The notes beneath the pieces were generated by a model. It was not told the DNA's origin. It made no database searches and worked only from the letters and a program-made list of their open reading frames with translations. Both the position numbers and the translations under genes were made by a program. A stretch of DNA of 64,000 bases from a virus. The DNA lies in IMG/VR virus record IMGVR_UViG_3300033149_001571, positions 4,357 through 68,356 of that record; one strand, 5' to 3'. This document shows, in pieces, positions 48,451 through 58,227 of the stretch. How positions within the stretch are numbered: position 1 is the first letter of the stretch; each line of letters begins with the position of its first letter.

Positions 48451-48854
48451 AACCCTAGGTATGGGGCCGCGGCTGAATCCACGCCAGCCTGATCGAGCGC
48501 AGCATTTACGGCATTAATGAATCCCTGAGCGTATGCGCGTTCCGTGATCACGGCATCTGAGATCGTTGCAACGGCGTTCGTAAGGTCCGAAGAGCTAGTG
48601 AGATCATAAGACCCCATCTCGTCCGCGGTGGTCACCGTGAACGGATAGGACACCAGCCCCCGGTCATCTAGGACGGTTAGATTCCCCCAATTGATCTGGC
48701 TAGTTGTAGAGCAAGAGAAGAGATTACCCGAGCCCGGCGGATACTCCGCGAGTACATCATAATCGAGACGTTCCGCCCGTTGATCCTTGATCTGGCTGAT
48801 CATGAATTCTTTATATTGAATCAGCGTCAATGAATCGTCCGTCATACTCGCCAC
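48447..48854 (-). CDS. Tail fibre assembly-like (DUF4376-like) protein
   Basis: K......K..R, SQ.N, I.A....VD pattern; follows fibre genes. Confidence 0.5.
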   Translation of the reverse strand: MASMTDDSLTLIQYKEFMISQIKDQRAERLDYDVLAEYPPGSGNLFSCSTTSQINWGNLTVLDDRGLVSYPFTVTTADEMGSYDLTSSSDLTNAVATISDAVITERAYAQGFINAVNAALDQAGVDSAAAPYLGL

Positions 48855-49837
48855 CTTAGCTTCACCGTGAACGTAGTATCCCTCGCATCATCATTAGACA
48901 CGAACGCCTGTAGGCGTACGTCCGCCGCGATATCTACGTTAACCGATAGGTCTTTCCCTTCGGTCGTACTGTTATTCGGTACCTGAATCCATGCGTTCGT
49001 ATTACTCCCATCCGTGCGGACGGTGTAGCGGGGTTGATCGTTCCCGCTTCGCCGCACGTACGCGATCTCAGTAATCGTAGCGTTCCGCGTGACCAGATAA
49101 CCTCTGTCCGACGCCAACCGAAGATTCCCGATCTTCATGTACTGATTATTTACGCGACCGTTGTTCACGAACGGCGCTACCCATGCCTCCGTCGAAAGCC
49201 ACTTAGACCGCCCCGCGTCGTAGGTCATCTCCATCCCGAGCGCGGTATTAAAGTACCGGTCGCCGGCTGCCGGTGACGGACTAGACGGATCGGTGGCCGA
49301 TGCTCCGTAGTGACGAAGGCCGCTATCCTTGATCACCTTACCCGTGGTGCCATCGAAGACGGCTACACCAAGATCTACGCTGCTAGATGGGCCGGTAACA
49401 TCTCCCCCGCCACCTCCGCCCGGGAGATCGCCTATCGCCACTCGCTTCTTCGCGTTGCTCGCGGCGCTGTCCTCGATAAGAACTAGATCCGCCGCGACCG
49501 GAGAAGCCTTCGCCGGTACGCCTGCGATCTCTCCGGCTACGTCCGTATGGACTGCGTTCTCTCCCACGCTCGCGGCCTCCGGGGTGGGTATGTTCGCGAA
49601 GATATAATCCGTATCGAGTACGAGCACCTCCCCGCTCTGCGCAGACGAGAGATTAACCACCACTTCGTTACGTGGGTCGGAGGTGCTAGGGATCACCGTC
49701 TCGATTAGATCGTTTCGAGCTACGTCCCCGACACGAACTAAGACCGCCACCTGTAAGCGGTTTAGGTTATGGGTAACCGTTACGACCGCCGTAGAAGAGA
49801 AGGACGTGGAAAATAGCTTATCAAACGATCCCGCCAT
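48842..49837 (-). CDS. Tail fibre-like protein
   Basis: Start at MAGSFDK (ATG 49837 overlaps upstream TAA); VTHNL, GDVTGP.SS.D...A.FDGTTGK.IKDSG fibre motif. Confidence 0.65.
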   Translation of the reverse strand: MAGSFDKLFSTSFSSTAVVTVTHNLNRLQVAVLVRVGDVARNDLIETVIPSTSDPRNEVVVNLSSAQSGEVLVLDTDYIFANIPTPEAASVGENAVHTDVAGEIAGVPAKASPVAADLVLIEDSAASNAKKRVAIGDLPGGGGGGDVTGPSSSVDLGVAVFDGTTGKVIKDSGLRHYGASATDPSSPSPAAGDRYFNTALGMEMTYDAGRSKWLSTEAWVAPFVNNGRVNNQYMKIGNLRLASDRGYLVTRNATITEIAYVRRSGNDQPRYTVRTDGSNTNAWIQVPNNSTTEGKDLSVNVDIAADVRLQAFVSNDDARDTTFTVKLRWRV

Positions 49838-52116
49838 TAGATCGGAGCCCCTTCCGAGAACGCTACGCCGGAGATGATAAGCGCCCACACGGTTACGTCT
49901 TGATTCGGCGCTCCGTCGTTGTCCATCTCGAACCGCACGAAGCACAGATCGTCTTCGTAATAGCTTGATATCGAGAACGGGCCGAACTCCTGCTCGTGCG
50001 CGCGGTTGTCAAGCGTAGCAGGCAACGCCGCGCCGGCCGTTAGATTCTGCGTATCGCTCTGTCCTGCTTTGGCGGTAAGTAGCTCGGTATTCGCCAACGT
50101 GCGCGGGACGGGTACAAGCCCTCCCGCGGGGTCGGCTACCCGCGCACCGCTAACCTGCGTCGGTAAAAACGAGAGGATGCCCTGCGGCGCGGCGGTAACA
50201 GGTTGCGAACCCTGTAAGGAGTACACCACCTTCATCGTGATCGGGTACGCCGTACAGATCCCGTCTTGTAGAGCGAACTGAAAGTAGATCGCGTCGCCGT
50301 TGTTATTCAGCCTCGCGTTCGGTGCGATCTGATTCCAGCCCGTGGGTAAGCCACCGGACCCCACCGGGATGTTACTAGTCACCACCCCGCCCGACTCACC
50401 AAAGATGTTGCCGCCCGCGCTGATCGTCGTGCGCCACAACGCGAGCCCGTGAGCCACGCGCTCGCCTTCTTGGTTGAACTCGCAATGCGACGGCGAGATC
50501 TTCATGCGCTCGAACGTGGGGCCCGTGGTGAGGTTCGACGTGATACGCACGCGCGCCCACCTGCCCTGAATCCCAGAGTGTGTTGTAACCGGCCACGCGG
50601 TACCGTCGGGTAGCACGGGGTCTGCGGTGCCGTTCCCGCCGAAGACTCCGAACCGTATGTCCTCGCCCGTCGTTGCCGCACGAAGGAACACGTCCTCGCC
50701 GTACCGAAAGTCGGTCTCAATCGACACCGCCTGAAAGCCGACCACCCGCCACGTATTCGCCGCTATGCGTACCTCGAAGACGTAGGAGCCGCCTGTGCTG
50801 CCGACGGTCTGGAACATCGCGATCCCCCAGTACGGTAGCGGCGTCCCTGCCTGATCGACGCGCGTAGTTGTGAACGCGATGGAGTGACCCGCCGTGGTGC
50901 CTTGGAACCCGAAGGTCGAGCCGCTGATACTCTGTGCCGCGGCCGTCTCTTCTACGAAGTTCGCACCATCTGAGCCGGGAGCCGCGGTGCCGTCCGTGGT
51001 GAAGACGCGCATCCCCTTCACGTAGCTTCTGCCGCGTCCCGCGTTTAGGGATGCTCCCTTCTCGGGAAAGCCGAATGACACCTCGGGGCCGAAGACGGTG
51101 AACTGTGGCCGCTCGATATCGCTTCCCTCTTGGAAGTGTGCGATCTCGAAGTCTGACTGAAGCGCGGCGGGTGGGAACGAGTAATCAGACGAGTGTGATG
51201 TCGTAACCTGAAACAACGAGTTCACACCCGTGAGTCCGGGGTCGAGCAAGAAGTCGAAGCCGCCTGCACCGTGAACCATCTTGCCGCCGAACAACCCGAC
51301 CGTCACGCCGTCGCTTTCGACGTGCACCATGTTCGTCGCGTTGGTTATGTTCACACCGAACACGAGCACGGTCGCATCGCCGTCTACCTCGATCGCGTCC
51401 ACGATGTTCCCATTGCCTACATTGAAGTCGGCAAGCTGGAGACGCCCCGTGGTTCCCTCTGCTCTTACTCCCGTCGCGAAAGATCCCGCGGTCGGCGGGA
51501 AGTGAATGCCCTCGGCAGCGATGGTGCCTGCGGTCGTGAGCATCCCGATCCCGACACCGCCGTAATCGAAGCGAAGCTCTGCGGCGATGATCTTACCCAG
51601 GCCGGTCTTCTTCATCCCGATGCCTGCACCGGTCGAAGCGTCGCCCTGGAACTGTAGATCGTAGGCGGCGGCGGTTAGCGTTCCGCCGACGCCGTTATAG
51701 GTGAGGCCCGCGAATGACGAGGACGTAGGCACGCGAACCCGCACACCGCGGATCATCGCCTCATCCGAAAGCGTGATGCAGTCCGCGGCGGCGGCGTAGT
51801 CTCCGATGGTCGTGACTTCCCACGAGCCTTGACCGATGAGCGACACCCCGCTGGGTATAGTCAGCCCGCTCTCAACGTACACCCCGGGGCGCACGATCAC
51901 CGTGTCACCTGATCCCGCTACCGCGAGAGCGGCGGATACGGTTAGGAACGGTAAGTCTTGCCGCCCGCTCGTTCCGGTCCCGTCGTCGCCATTAACCTCA
52001 TCCACCCATACCGTGTTACCGGTAGGGATGGATGAGACCGCGCCGGAGATCGAATCGCCCGCTTGAAGCTGCTCGATCTCCCCGTCGGTCATGACGAGGG
52101 GAATCTTAACGGCCAC
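49837..52116 (-). CDS. Tail fibre/spike with parallel beta-helix (pectin-lyase-like) domain
   Basis: VWVD..NG.D..G......PFLT...AL..A..GDTV.V.PG.Y beta-helix cap motif. Confidence 0.7.
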   Translation of the reverse strand: MAVKIPLVMTDGEIEQLQAGDSISGAVSSIPTGNTVWVDEVNGDDGTGTSGRQDLPFLTVSAALAVAGSGDTVIVRPGVYVESGLTIPSGVSLIGQGSWEVTTIGDYAAAADCITLSDEAMIRGVRVRVPTSSSFAGLTYNGVGGTLTAAAYDLQFQGDASTGAGIGMKKTGLGKIIAAELRFDYGGVGIGMLTTAGTIAAEGIHFPPTAGSFATGVRAEGTTGRLQLADFNVGNGNIVDAIEVDGDATVLVFGVNITNATNMVHVESDGVTVGLFGGKMVHGAGGFDFLLDPGLTGVNSLFQVTTSHSSDYSFPPAALQSDFEIAHFQEGSDIERPQFTVFGPEVSFGFPEKGASLNAGRGRSYVKGMRVFTTDGTAAPGSDGANFVEETAAAQSISGSTFGFQGTTAGHSIAFTTTRVDQAGTPLPYWGIAMFQTVGSTGGSYVFEVRIAANTWRVVGFQAVSIETDFRYGEDVFLRAATTGEDIRFGVFGGNGTADPVLPDGTAWPVTTHSGIQGRWARVRITSNLTTGPTFERMKISPSHCEFNQEGERVAHGLALWRTTISAGGNIFGESGGVVTSNIPVGSGGLPTGWNQIAPNARLNNNGDAIYFQFALQDGICTAYPITMKVVYSLQGSQPVTAAPQGILSFLPTQVSGARVADPAGGLVPVPRTLANTELLTAKAGQSDTQNLTAGAALPATLDNRAHEQEFGPFSISSYYEDDLCFVRFEMDNDGAPNQDVTVWALIISGVAFSEGAPI

Positions 52117-52119
52117 GGA

Positions 52120-52590
52120 CTAGAGCTTAATTCGTCGGCGGATCATGAGAAGAAGATCAGTCGAGTCGATAGCTTCTCCAAGCTCCACGACGTAGCGTGT
52201 AGCCGTGGTCGGGATAGATGCCTGGTCCACGACGCGGCCGGGGGCCGCATCGCTCAGGTAGTACTTCGTCCCCGCGGTGAGCCCGCCCGTAGTGCCTGCA
52301 ACGGCATCCCACTCGGCGGTGGTCAGCGTGACCGTGCCGTTAAAAATCACGGTGCCGGTGTTCGTAGCGGTAACCGCCGTCGCGGAGAGCCCGGCTACCT
52401 CGCTGGTACCGCTTGCGGTTGCGTTAGCTTGATCGACGCTGCTCGCGCCGTCGATATAGACGGGTTCGCCTGCGATTACTGTAGAGGTAAAGGTAGCCTC
52501 ATACGAATCGGGCTGGACGTCGATACTATCGCCAGCCTGAAGCTGCTCGATCTCACCGTTGGTTAAGACTAGAGGTTTCTTGATTGCCAT
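52120..52590 (-). CDS. Small structural protein (fibre/cement-like)
   Basis: Shares its N-terminal peptide with 49837-52116 and its C-terminal domain with 52609-53157. Confidence 0.6.
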   Translation of the reverse strand: MAIKKPLVLTNGEIEQLQAGDSIDVQPDSYEATFTSTVIAGEPVYIDGASSVDQANATASGTSEVAGLSATAVTATNTGTVIFNGTVTLTTAEWDAVAGTTGGLTAGTKYYLSDAAPGRVVDQASIPTTATRYVVELGEAIDSTDLLLMIRRRIKL

Positions 52591-52608
52591 GGTCTGATTC
52601 TTTCGGGG

Positions 52609-53157
52609 TTAGAGGAGGATCGGATTTCGGGGGTCTACGTCTAGAGTCGTACTCGTGACGGCTTTCCCTACCTTAGCGGAGAAGACTCCCGTACCGCTAG
52701 GGGGTGACGTAGTAATCGCGCCGGCGGTGGTAGTAGATAGGAAGTAGGGAGCGCCGGGGGTAAGCCCTCCGATCTGCCCCGTGATCGCGTCCCACTGAGC
52801 CGCTGTAAGCTCTAAGGGTCCACCGGTTACCACTGTAGCCGCGACCGTGGGAGCCGTGGTCTCCGTAGAGAACCCCGCGAATCTCGCCTGTGGGAAAGAA
52901 TCACCCTGGGCTAGTCCGAATCTTCCCGTGTTCTTCGCGTAGACCGGGGAGCCCGGCACTAGAGGATCGTCTGTCTCCGCCACGATAGGCGCGAAGCCGG
53001 GGGGACCCTGCGGACCCTCCGGCCCGGGTGGTCCCACCGCGGACACTTGCACGGTGAGAGCTTCGATCGGCTCCGCGCATACCACTACGTCCGAGACGGA
53101 TAAGCTCAGATCTAGTTCCGCCCGGTGAACTTCGACGCATGGATCACACCCCCCCAT
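52609..53157 (-). CDS. Structural protein with short collagen-like segment
   Basis: GPPGPEGPQGPPG, then a domain paralogous to 52120-52590. Confidence 0.6.
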   Translation of the reverse strand: MGGCDPCVEVHRAELDLSLSVSDVVVCAEPIEALTVQVSAVGPPGPEGPQGPPGFAPIVAETDDPLVPGSPVYAKNTGRFGLAQGDSFPQARFAGFSTETTAPTVAATVVTGGPLELTAAQWDAITGQIGGLTPGAPYFLSTTTAGAITTSPPSGTGVFSAKVGKAVTSTTLDVDPRNPILL

Positions 53158-53164
53158 GGTCCCC

Positions 53165-53551
53165 CTACGTGTTCGGAGTCACGTCCCGAACGAATTTGAT
53201 CGTGCCCTGTACGAGCGTCTTACGGAAGGTCCCATCTATGGAGCCGTCCGAGATCTGTAGGTCCCACACTCCAAATTGCGGAAAGGTCTGCGTCTGCTGC
53301 CCCGTAGCCTCTACGGTTATATCCCCCACCGTAGGCCCGGTCGTGGACTCGTCCACGGTCACGGTTAACTCAGTTACTACGGGATAATCGAACGCCTCCC
53401 GAATCGCCGCCCTCCCTACCTTACCGTCTAACGGTACACGCTTACCGCGATCTTTTAGGGTGATCACGAAGTAAACCGAGTCGCCGCGCACCACCGGTAG
53501 GTCTAGCCGTTGGGGCTTCGTAAGTCTTTCGAGTAGATTCGGGGTGCTCAC
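53165..53551 (-). CDS. BppU-N-like structural adaptor
   Basis: RGD..F...L.D....L.G...A.IR...G.I......T......WDLQ......T...G......DVT. Confidence 0.65.
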   Translation of the reverse strand: MSTPNLLERLTKPQRLDLPVVRGDSVYFVITLKDRGKRVPLDGKVGRAAIREAFDYPVVTELTVTVDESTTGPTVGDITVEATGQQTQTFPQFGVWDLQISDGSIDGTFRKTLVQGTIKFVRDVTPNT

Positions 53552-53854
53552 GGATTAATACTCGATTCAAGTAATCGACGGGCCGGGGGCCTGCGGGTAG
53601 AGGCTAGGGTCTGCCCTAAGACTACACGAGCGCTGTGCGCCCGTCACGACGCCAGACAATCGACCCACGGATTAGGGCACACCCCGCGGTAGTGGCGGAT
53701 TCTCGCGCTTGCCTACGAAGCCACCCCCGCCACCGGACGATGCTCCGATCACGAACGTCTGAGACGGATGATCGAAAGATGTGCTCCGCGCAATCGGCGG
53801 ATCGGGGGGGAGCGGGCGCGTGGTAGGTGGAACGATCTCGGCCATGGTCTAGTC

Positions 53855-54913
53855 CTACGGGTGCGGTGTGGTGCCGTCCCAATCCAGTGAGAAGCCACCA
53901 AGGTTTATGCTGGCTCCACCGTCCTCCACCGACCAGCCGATCCGTGTGAGACCGTCACTCGTCCACCGCGCGCCGGTGGCCTCGCTGGTGACGTTCACAT
54001 ACCTGAGCGTTCCAGCGATGTGCTGGTGGCCACCCGTCGTGAAGCCGACGCCCACTGGCGAGCGAGGGTACCCGCCGTAGTCTGCGTAGTTGGGATCCGT
54101 GAGATTCCAAGGAGTATTCGATGTAGAAGAGCAAAATGAAAGCGGCCGGCTATCAGTCAAGAGCGTCGTACCATCGACGGGGCTGATCCTGCTCCACGCG
54201 GACTGTAGGCCGTTACCGACGATCGCATACTGCGCCGTCCCCTCCGTCCCGTCCGACGCGACGAACGGTCGCGTGTCGCCAGTCGGTGGGTTATCCACCT
54301 CGCCCGCGTAGTGCCACCAAAAATCTCGCGCGACGGCGGTATCGTCCGCGATGATGATCGCTACGCCGTTGTCTGCCCATCCGTACCAGATCGCGTTGAG
54401 AGAATTGACGTTTGTATTGATCCCACCTGGATCGGTGCAGAGACCGGAGGTGGTCTCTGCGGCAATGGCTGCCTGCGATGCCAGAGCGCTACTCGCCGCG
54501 CCGTCGTTGGTCACCCAGTCCTTCGCGGGGATCACCACGTTGGTGTCGTCCATGTCCCCTGCGGTGCCTCCGTTGAACTGAAGGAACCACTGCCATCCGG
54601 TGTTGCCGTTGACGCCGGTACCATCGAACTCAATCACGATCCACCCGTTCTGGATGTTCGATGCGTCGGTGCGCCACGTGCTACCCGCATTAAGGCCGTC
54701 TATGGTGCCGTCACTTGAAACAGTGCGCAGACCATACGCACTGTCCCATGCCTCTACCACCTTCACGGTGTTCCCCGCGGTAGCGCCGTTCCACCCGGGT
54801 CCGCGGGTAGCTAGGTCGCCTTGAGTCTCGCCGGTGATCCACCGAATGAATTTAATCATCCGCGACGAATAGAACGCGGTGATCGTGCTGTCCTTGTAGA
54901 GTGATGCCGCCAT
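53855..54913 (-). CDS. Putative virion/receptor-binding protein
   Basis: Trp/Gly/Thr/Asn-rich beta protein in the fibre cluster. Confidence 0.5.
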   Translation of the reverse strand: MAASLYKDSTITAFYSSRMIKFIRWITGETQGDLATRGPGWNGATAGNTVKVVEAWDSAYGLRTVSSDGTIDGLNAGSTWRTDASNIQNGWIVIEFDGTGVNGNTGWQWFLQFNGGTAGDMDDTNVVIPAKDWVTNDGAASSALASQAAIAAETTSGLCTDPGGINTNVNSLNAIWYGWADNGVAIIIADDTAVARDFWWHYAGEVDNPPTGDTRPFVASDGTEGTAQYAIVGNGLQSAWSRISPVDGTTLLTDSRPLSFCSSTSNTPWNLTDPNYADYGGYPRSPVGVGFTTGGHQHIAGTLRYVNVTSEATGARWTSDGLTRIGWSVEDGGASINLGGFSLDWDGTTPHP

Positions 54914-54915
54914 AT

Positions 54916-56091
54916 CTAGCCTGTGATTATCTGATAGATGGAGAAGGTAGCCGCCGCGCCGCCGCTATTATCGATTGTGTAGTAGATGGTGTCCGCCGCT
55001 AGATCTGTACCGTCGTCCGCGAGGAGGTAGGCCGGTGTCCGGTCTACGAAGTCCGACGTGAAATCATGATCCGGTGAAGCCGCCGCGGGTGCTTCATAGA
55101 TTAGTTTAGTCCTAGCCACGTCCGAATAGAACTTAACCCGGCCGTCCGTTACTGCGCTCGCGGATACGCGGAGGTAGCCCTGTGTCCCCTTCGGAAGCCC
55201 GATCGCAATCGTTCCGTTACCACTAGCCCCGGACCCTACTGCTATCGTCGCCGGGGTTAGACGGCTATCGTAGGCCGCCGCGGCGTATTGCTTAGTTACG
55301 AAATCGTTCGCGCCTACGGGATTAGCACCTCGAACGGTCTGGTACCCGCCCAACCCGTTAAGATACTCGAATTCGGTAGTAGCCGTGATCGCTGTGACTC
55401 CCTCGAATCTAACGCCGTCGGACGAATTGGCATCGATCGCGAAATCGGACGTCCCCGCGGCGGTCAGTCTTAGCTCCGAATTGAGAGACTGAAGAGATAC
55501 GGACCCAGTAACCTGAACATCGAAATCCTCGGTACCGGATACCTGTAAGGCCCCGACCGCGCCGGACGTGACGATGGTGGGGCCCGCATCATACGCGCCC
55601 TGTAGTGTGGACCCCCCGCCCCCACCGCCTACGGCAACTGCTTGAATTAGTCGCGTCCACCGGTCTAGGTCTTCCCACCACCCGGTGGTGTTCGTGACGG
55701 GACCCGCCCCTAGGTCTACGGTCCAATTCGCCTCCCCGTCTTCCCCGATTCCGATGTATCGCGTATCGAAGCTCTGGACGCCTATCGTAACCGTGGGATT
55801 TCGGACCGCGGCTAATAGCTTATCCGTCTCGCCCGTACGGCCTTCGTTCACTGCGAGGGAGACGACGTACGTACCGGTTACGTCCGGGGTGAAGACCGGA
55901 GCGGCGGCGGTTACATTCGAGAGCGTAGCGGTAGAACCCTTCGGGGGCTCTAGCTTCCATCGCCACGATCGAACGCCTTCGTCGTTAGCGTTCCGAATTG
56001 CGACCGGGGATCCGGTCGCGATATCGTCCCGGCTCTTCCCTGCGGCACCTGCTACGCCGCTCTGTTCGATAACAATCGAAGCGCTCGCCAT
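54916..56091 (-). CDS. Virion structural protein with PKD/Ig-like domain
   Basis: W.W....P.GS.A.LS......FTPD..GTY...L.VN; TLQ.AYD.G motif. Confidence 0.65.
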   Translation of the reverse strand: MASASIVIEQSGVAGAAGKSRDDIATGSPVAIRNANDEGVRSWRWKLEPPKGSTATLSNVTAAAPVFTPDVTGTYVVSLAVNEGRTGETDKLLAAVRNPTVTIGVQSFDTRYIGIGEDGEANWTVDLGAGPVTNTTGWWEDLDRWTRLIQAVAVGGGGGGSTLQGAYDAGPTIVTSGAVGALQVSGTEDFDVQVTGSVSLQSLNSELRLTAAGTSDFAIDANSSDGVRFEGVTAITATTEFEYLNGLGGYQTVRGANPVGANDFVTKQYAAAAYDSRLTPATIAVGSGASGNGTIAIGLPKGTQGYLRVSASAVTDGRVKFYSDVARTKLIYEAPAAASPDHDFTSDFVDRTPAYLLADDGTDLAADTIYYTIDNSGGAAATFSIYQIITG

Positions 56092-56094
56092 GGG

Positions 56095-56505
56095 TCACAC
56101 CTCTAGGCCAGTTACGGCCCACTCGATATCCCCGGACCCGCTCGTCACGGACACTCCGGTGATTCTTTCATCGTCCGCGGGTTCGATGATTAGAAGCCCC
56201 TTCACGGGGTGGACCGTCGCGCCCTGCGTCGCGTAGGCGACGGAGACGTCTAAGGGTCCGCCCGATACCACTCGAAGATAGAGTAGCGTCCCCTCTAGAT
56301 TCGCCGGGAAGGGAAGCGCGACCGCCCCCCCGCTCGCGTCTACGGACGCTAGATTCTGGGAGATCTCTAGGTAGGCGGATCGGTTCGCGTCGAGAATCGA
56401 GAAGGAAAATCCTAGACCCGCGCTCGTGGTAGAGCCGGGACACGTCGCGGAATCCTGCCGTACGTCGAGATCGCCGGAGAGCGAGACGGATAGACGGGTA
56501 GCCAT
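56095..56505 (-). CDS. Hypothetical structural protein, first gene of the late cluster
   Basis: 136 aa beta-rich; gtgTAGCCT-N6-ATG upstream. Confidence 0.55.
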   Translation of the reverse strand: MATRLSVSLSGDLDVRQDSATCPGSTTSAGLGFSFSILDANRSAYLEISQNLASVDASGGAVALPFPANLEGTLLYLRVVSGGPLDVSVAYATQGATVHPVKGLLIIEPADDERITGVSVTSGSGDIEWAVTGLEV

Positions 56506-56536
56506 GGCACTAGGCTACACGCTCGCCGGCCACACG

Positions 56537-57145
56537 TCACCACGTCCCGGGAATCGCCGTCTGCCGCGGAGCGTACGGAGTGTCCGGGCCTATCTCATTC
56601 CCCCACGACGTCCACCCGTGGCGCTTCACCCTCGCGAACATATCGAGACGGGGCCGGTCGTCGCCTACGAGACGCTCTAGACGGTCGTAAAAGAGATCCG
56701 GTTTCTGCGAGTGTTTACCTACGGGCGCTCTAAGATACTGCGATTCTTTTAGAGAATGAATCGGGAAAGGCCGCCCCGTCTTTACGGTGGTAGCCACTAG
56801 AACCAATTCGGCCATCGGCTTAACGAAAGTCGGCTGTACGCCCTTCCCCTCGATAATCCCTCCGTCGCTCCGGCGGGTCTTTAGCCATATCCACGCCACC
56901 CCGCGGTAGGTAAGGCCCCACGCTCTGATTATGTCGATCGCATAATCGAGACGCGGACACGTAGCCCATAGGAAGAGCGCGGAGCGATCTGACATAACAG
57001 AGCGCACGGGGAGCGCCGCTAGTTCTTCCTGGGTCATGACCCCGTAGTGATTCCTCGCGCTGTTAGTGTGGCCCGGCTTCGCGCTGTACCACCACGGGGG
57101 ATCCGCTACTACGACGTCGAAGGGTCCGGGCGGGAGAGGGTTCAC
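56537..57145 (-). CDS. Second MT-A70 family adenine methyltransferase
   Basis: ADPPW, HY..M, LFLWAT, HSQKP, DMFAR....GW..WGNE; GTG 57145 overlaps upstream TGA. Confidence 0.9.
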   Translation of the reverse strand: MNPLPPGPFDVVVADPPWWYSAKPGHTNSARNHYGVMTQEELAALPVRSVMSDRSALFLWATCPRLDYAIDIIRAWGLTYRGVAWIWLKTRRSDGGIIEGKGVQPTFVKPMAELVLVATTVKTGRPFPIHSLKESQYLRAPVGKHSQKPDLFYDRLERLVGDDRPRLDMFARVKRHGWTSWGNEIGPDTPYAPRQTAIPGTW

Positions 57146-57405
57146 GCCTTCTCCCCCTCTTCGAGCACTCGCCGGGCCACGTCCGCTTTTAATATTCGGA
57201 CGATATGGGGCCACTCCCGCGAGATTATATCCGGGACGTCTTCGGCCTTCTCCACGTACCCGACCGCGAACACGGAGCCCCCTCCGTACCTTGCATCGCC
57301 GGAGCGATTTACCACCTTCACCCGTACGAGATCGTCCACCGCGAGTAGATCTATCTCTACCCCGAGCGCTAGACTAATCACTTTGTCTTCCTCCGGCTTC
57401 GGCAT
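57142..57405 (-). CDS. Hypothetical protein
   Basis: 87-aa ORF; GCGTAAG-N8-ATG upstream. Confidence 0.5.
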   Translation of the reverse strand: MPKPEEDKVISLALGVEIDLLAVDDLVRVKVVNRSGDARYGGGSVFAVGYVEKAEDVPDIISREWPHIVRILKADVARRVLEEGEKA

Positions 57406-57604
57406 GGTCCCCTCTTACGCGAGCGAGTCTCTTCGCGCGAGAGAGCAACCCGGACTCTTCGCAAGAGTCGCACGAGAGCCACACGAAGCCGCGACCACAC
57501 GCGACGCGGGCCACCCCTCGAAGCCTCCATAGCTTCGAGCGGAGCACGATCACCACGCGCCCCGAACCGCGACACATGGGGCACGGTTCGGGGATGGTAG
57601 TCAC
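57374..57604 (-). CDS. Small zinc-finger protein (CxxCxGxG)
   Basis: CPMCRGSG and CDSCEESG. Confidence 0.5.
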   Translation of the reverse strand: MTTIPEPCPMCRGSGRVVIVLRSKLWRLRGVARVACGRGFVWLSCDSCEESGLLSRAKRLARVRGDHAEAGGRQSD

Positions 57605-57825
57605 GAGATCTTAAATACCGAGTGATCCGGTGCTACGTAGAAATCGATCACGCCTTCGGTGGTATCGCACTTCGCGAGTACGCTCTCCACGCCGTTCGCC
57701 TGCGTAGTCCGTGCTTCGAGCACCCGCCCTTCGGGTTCCTGTAGGGTCATCCTTACCCGGTCACCGGGTCGAACCTCGCTAGCTGGAATCACGTCACACG
57801 ATTTCAGATCTATGTTTCGGCGCAT
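57601..57825 (-). CDS. Small beta-barrel-like hypothetical protein
   Basis: A.EV.PGD.V motif; overlapping stop/start. Confidence 0.5.
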   Translation of the reverse strand: MRRNIDLKSCDVIPASEVRPGDRVRMTLQEPEGRVLEARTTQANGVESVLAKCDTTEGVIDFYVAPDHSVFKIS

Positions 57826-57834
57826 CCGTCTACC

Positions 57835-58098
57835 CTACCAGTCTTCCCGGCTCGTGATCGCTTCGAGCGATACAACGCGGACGCGGACGCTCTTAGAGAC
57901 GATCCTGATAGCTCCATCCCGGAGACGTACTACGGTCCGCGCCTTCGGGGATTCGTTATCGATCAAGATCCACGCCGCGGACTCTTCGCTTAAGGTCTCC
58001 GGCTCCATGTCTTCGGGGTGGATGTAGACGGTCCCTCCGGTGTCCACGTCTCGGATCTGATCGGGGTAGCTGTTAGGTAGGATCGCGGGTGCTCGCAT
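57835..58098 (-). CDS. Hypothetical protein
   Basis: 87-aa ORF; GCGTAAG-N8-ATG upstream. Confidence 0.5.
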   Translation of the reverse strand: MRAPAILPNSYPDQIRDVDTGGTVYIHPEDMEPETLSEESAAWILIDNESPKARTVVRLRDGAIRIVSKSVRVRVVSLEAITSREDW

Positions 58099-58227
58099 TC
58101 TCCCCCCTTACGCACTAGCGCCGCCCGTGAGCGCCGCGAGTCTCCGAGACCGCCTACGGGACCCCTCTAGCTTCGAGCCCGTATAAGGCTTCCTAGGGGC
58201 TCCGGTGCCCGTCGCGCATTTATCGCG

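Noticed and set aside
47549-48517. 322-aa plus-strand ORF
   Set aside because: Ser/Ala/Arg-rich antisense shadow of the scaffold gene
53672-53845. 57-aa Pro/Gly-rich minus-strand ORF filling a gap in the fibre cluster
   Set aside because: Plausible, but no motif or clear RBS, and competing ORFs overlap it
48447-56091. Diversity-generating retroelement or invertible fibre cassette
   Set aside because: No reverse transcriptase, invertase, template/variable repeat pair or flanking inverted repeats were seen
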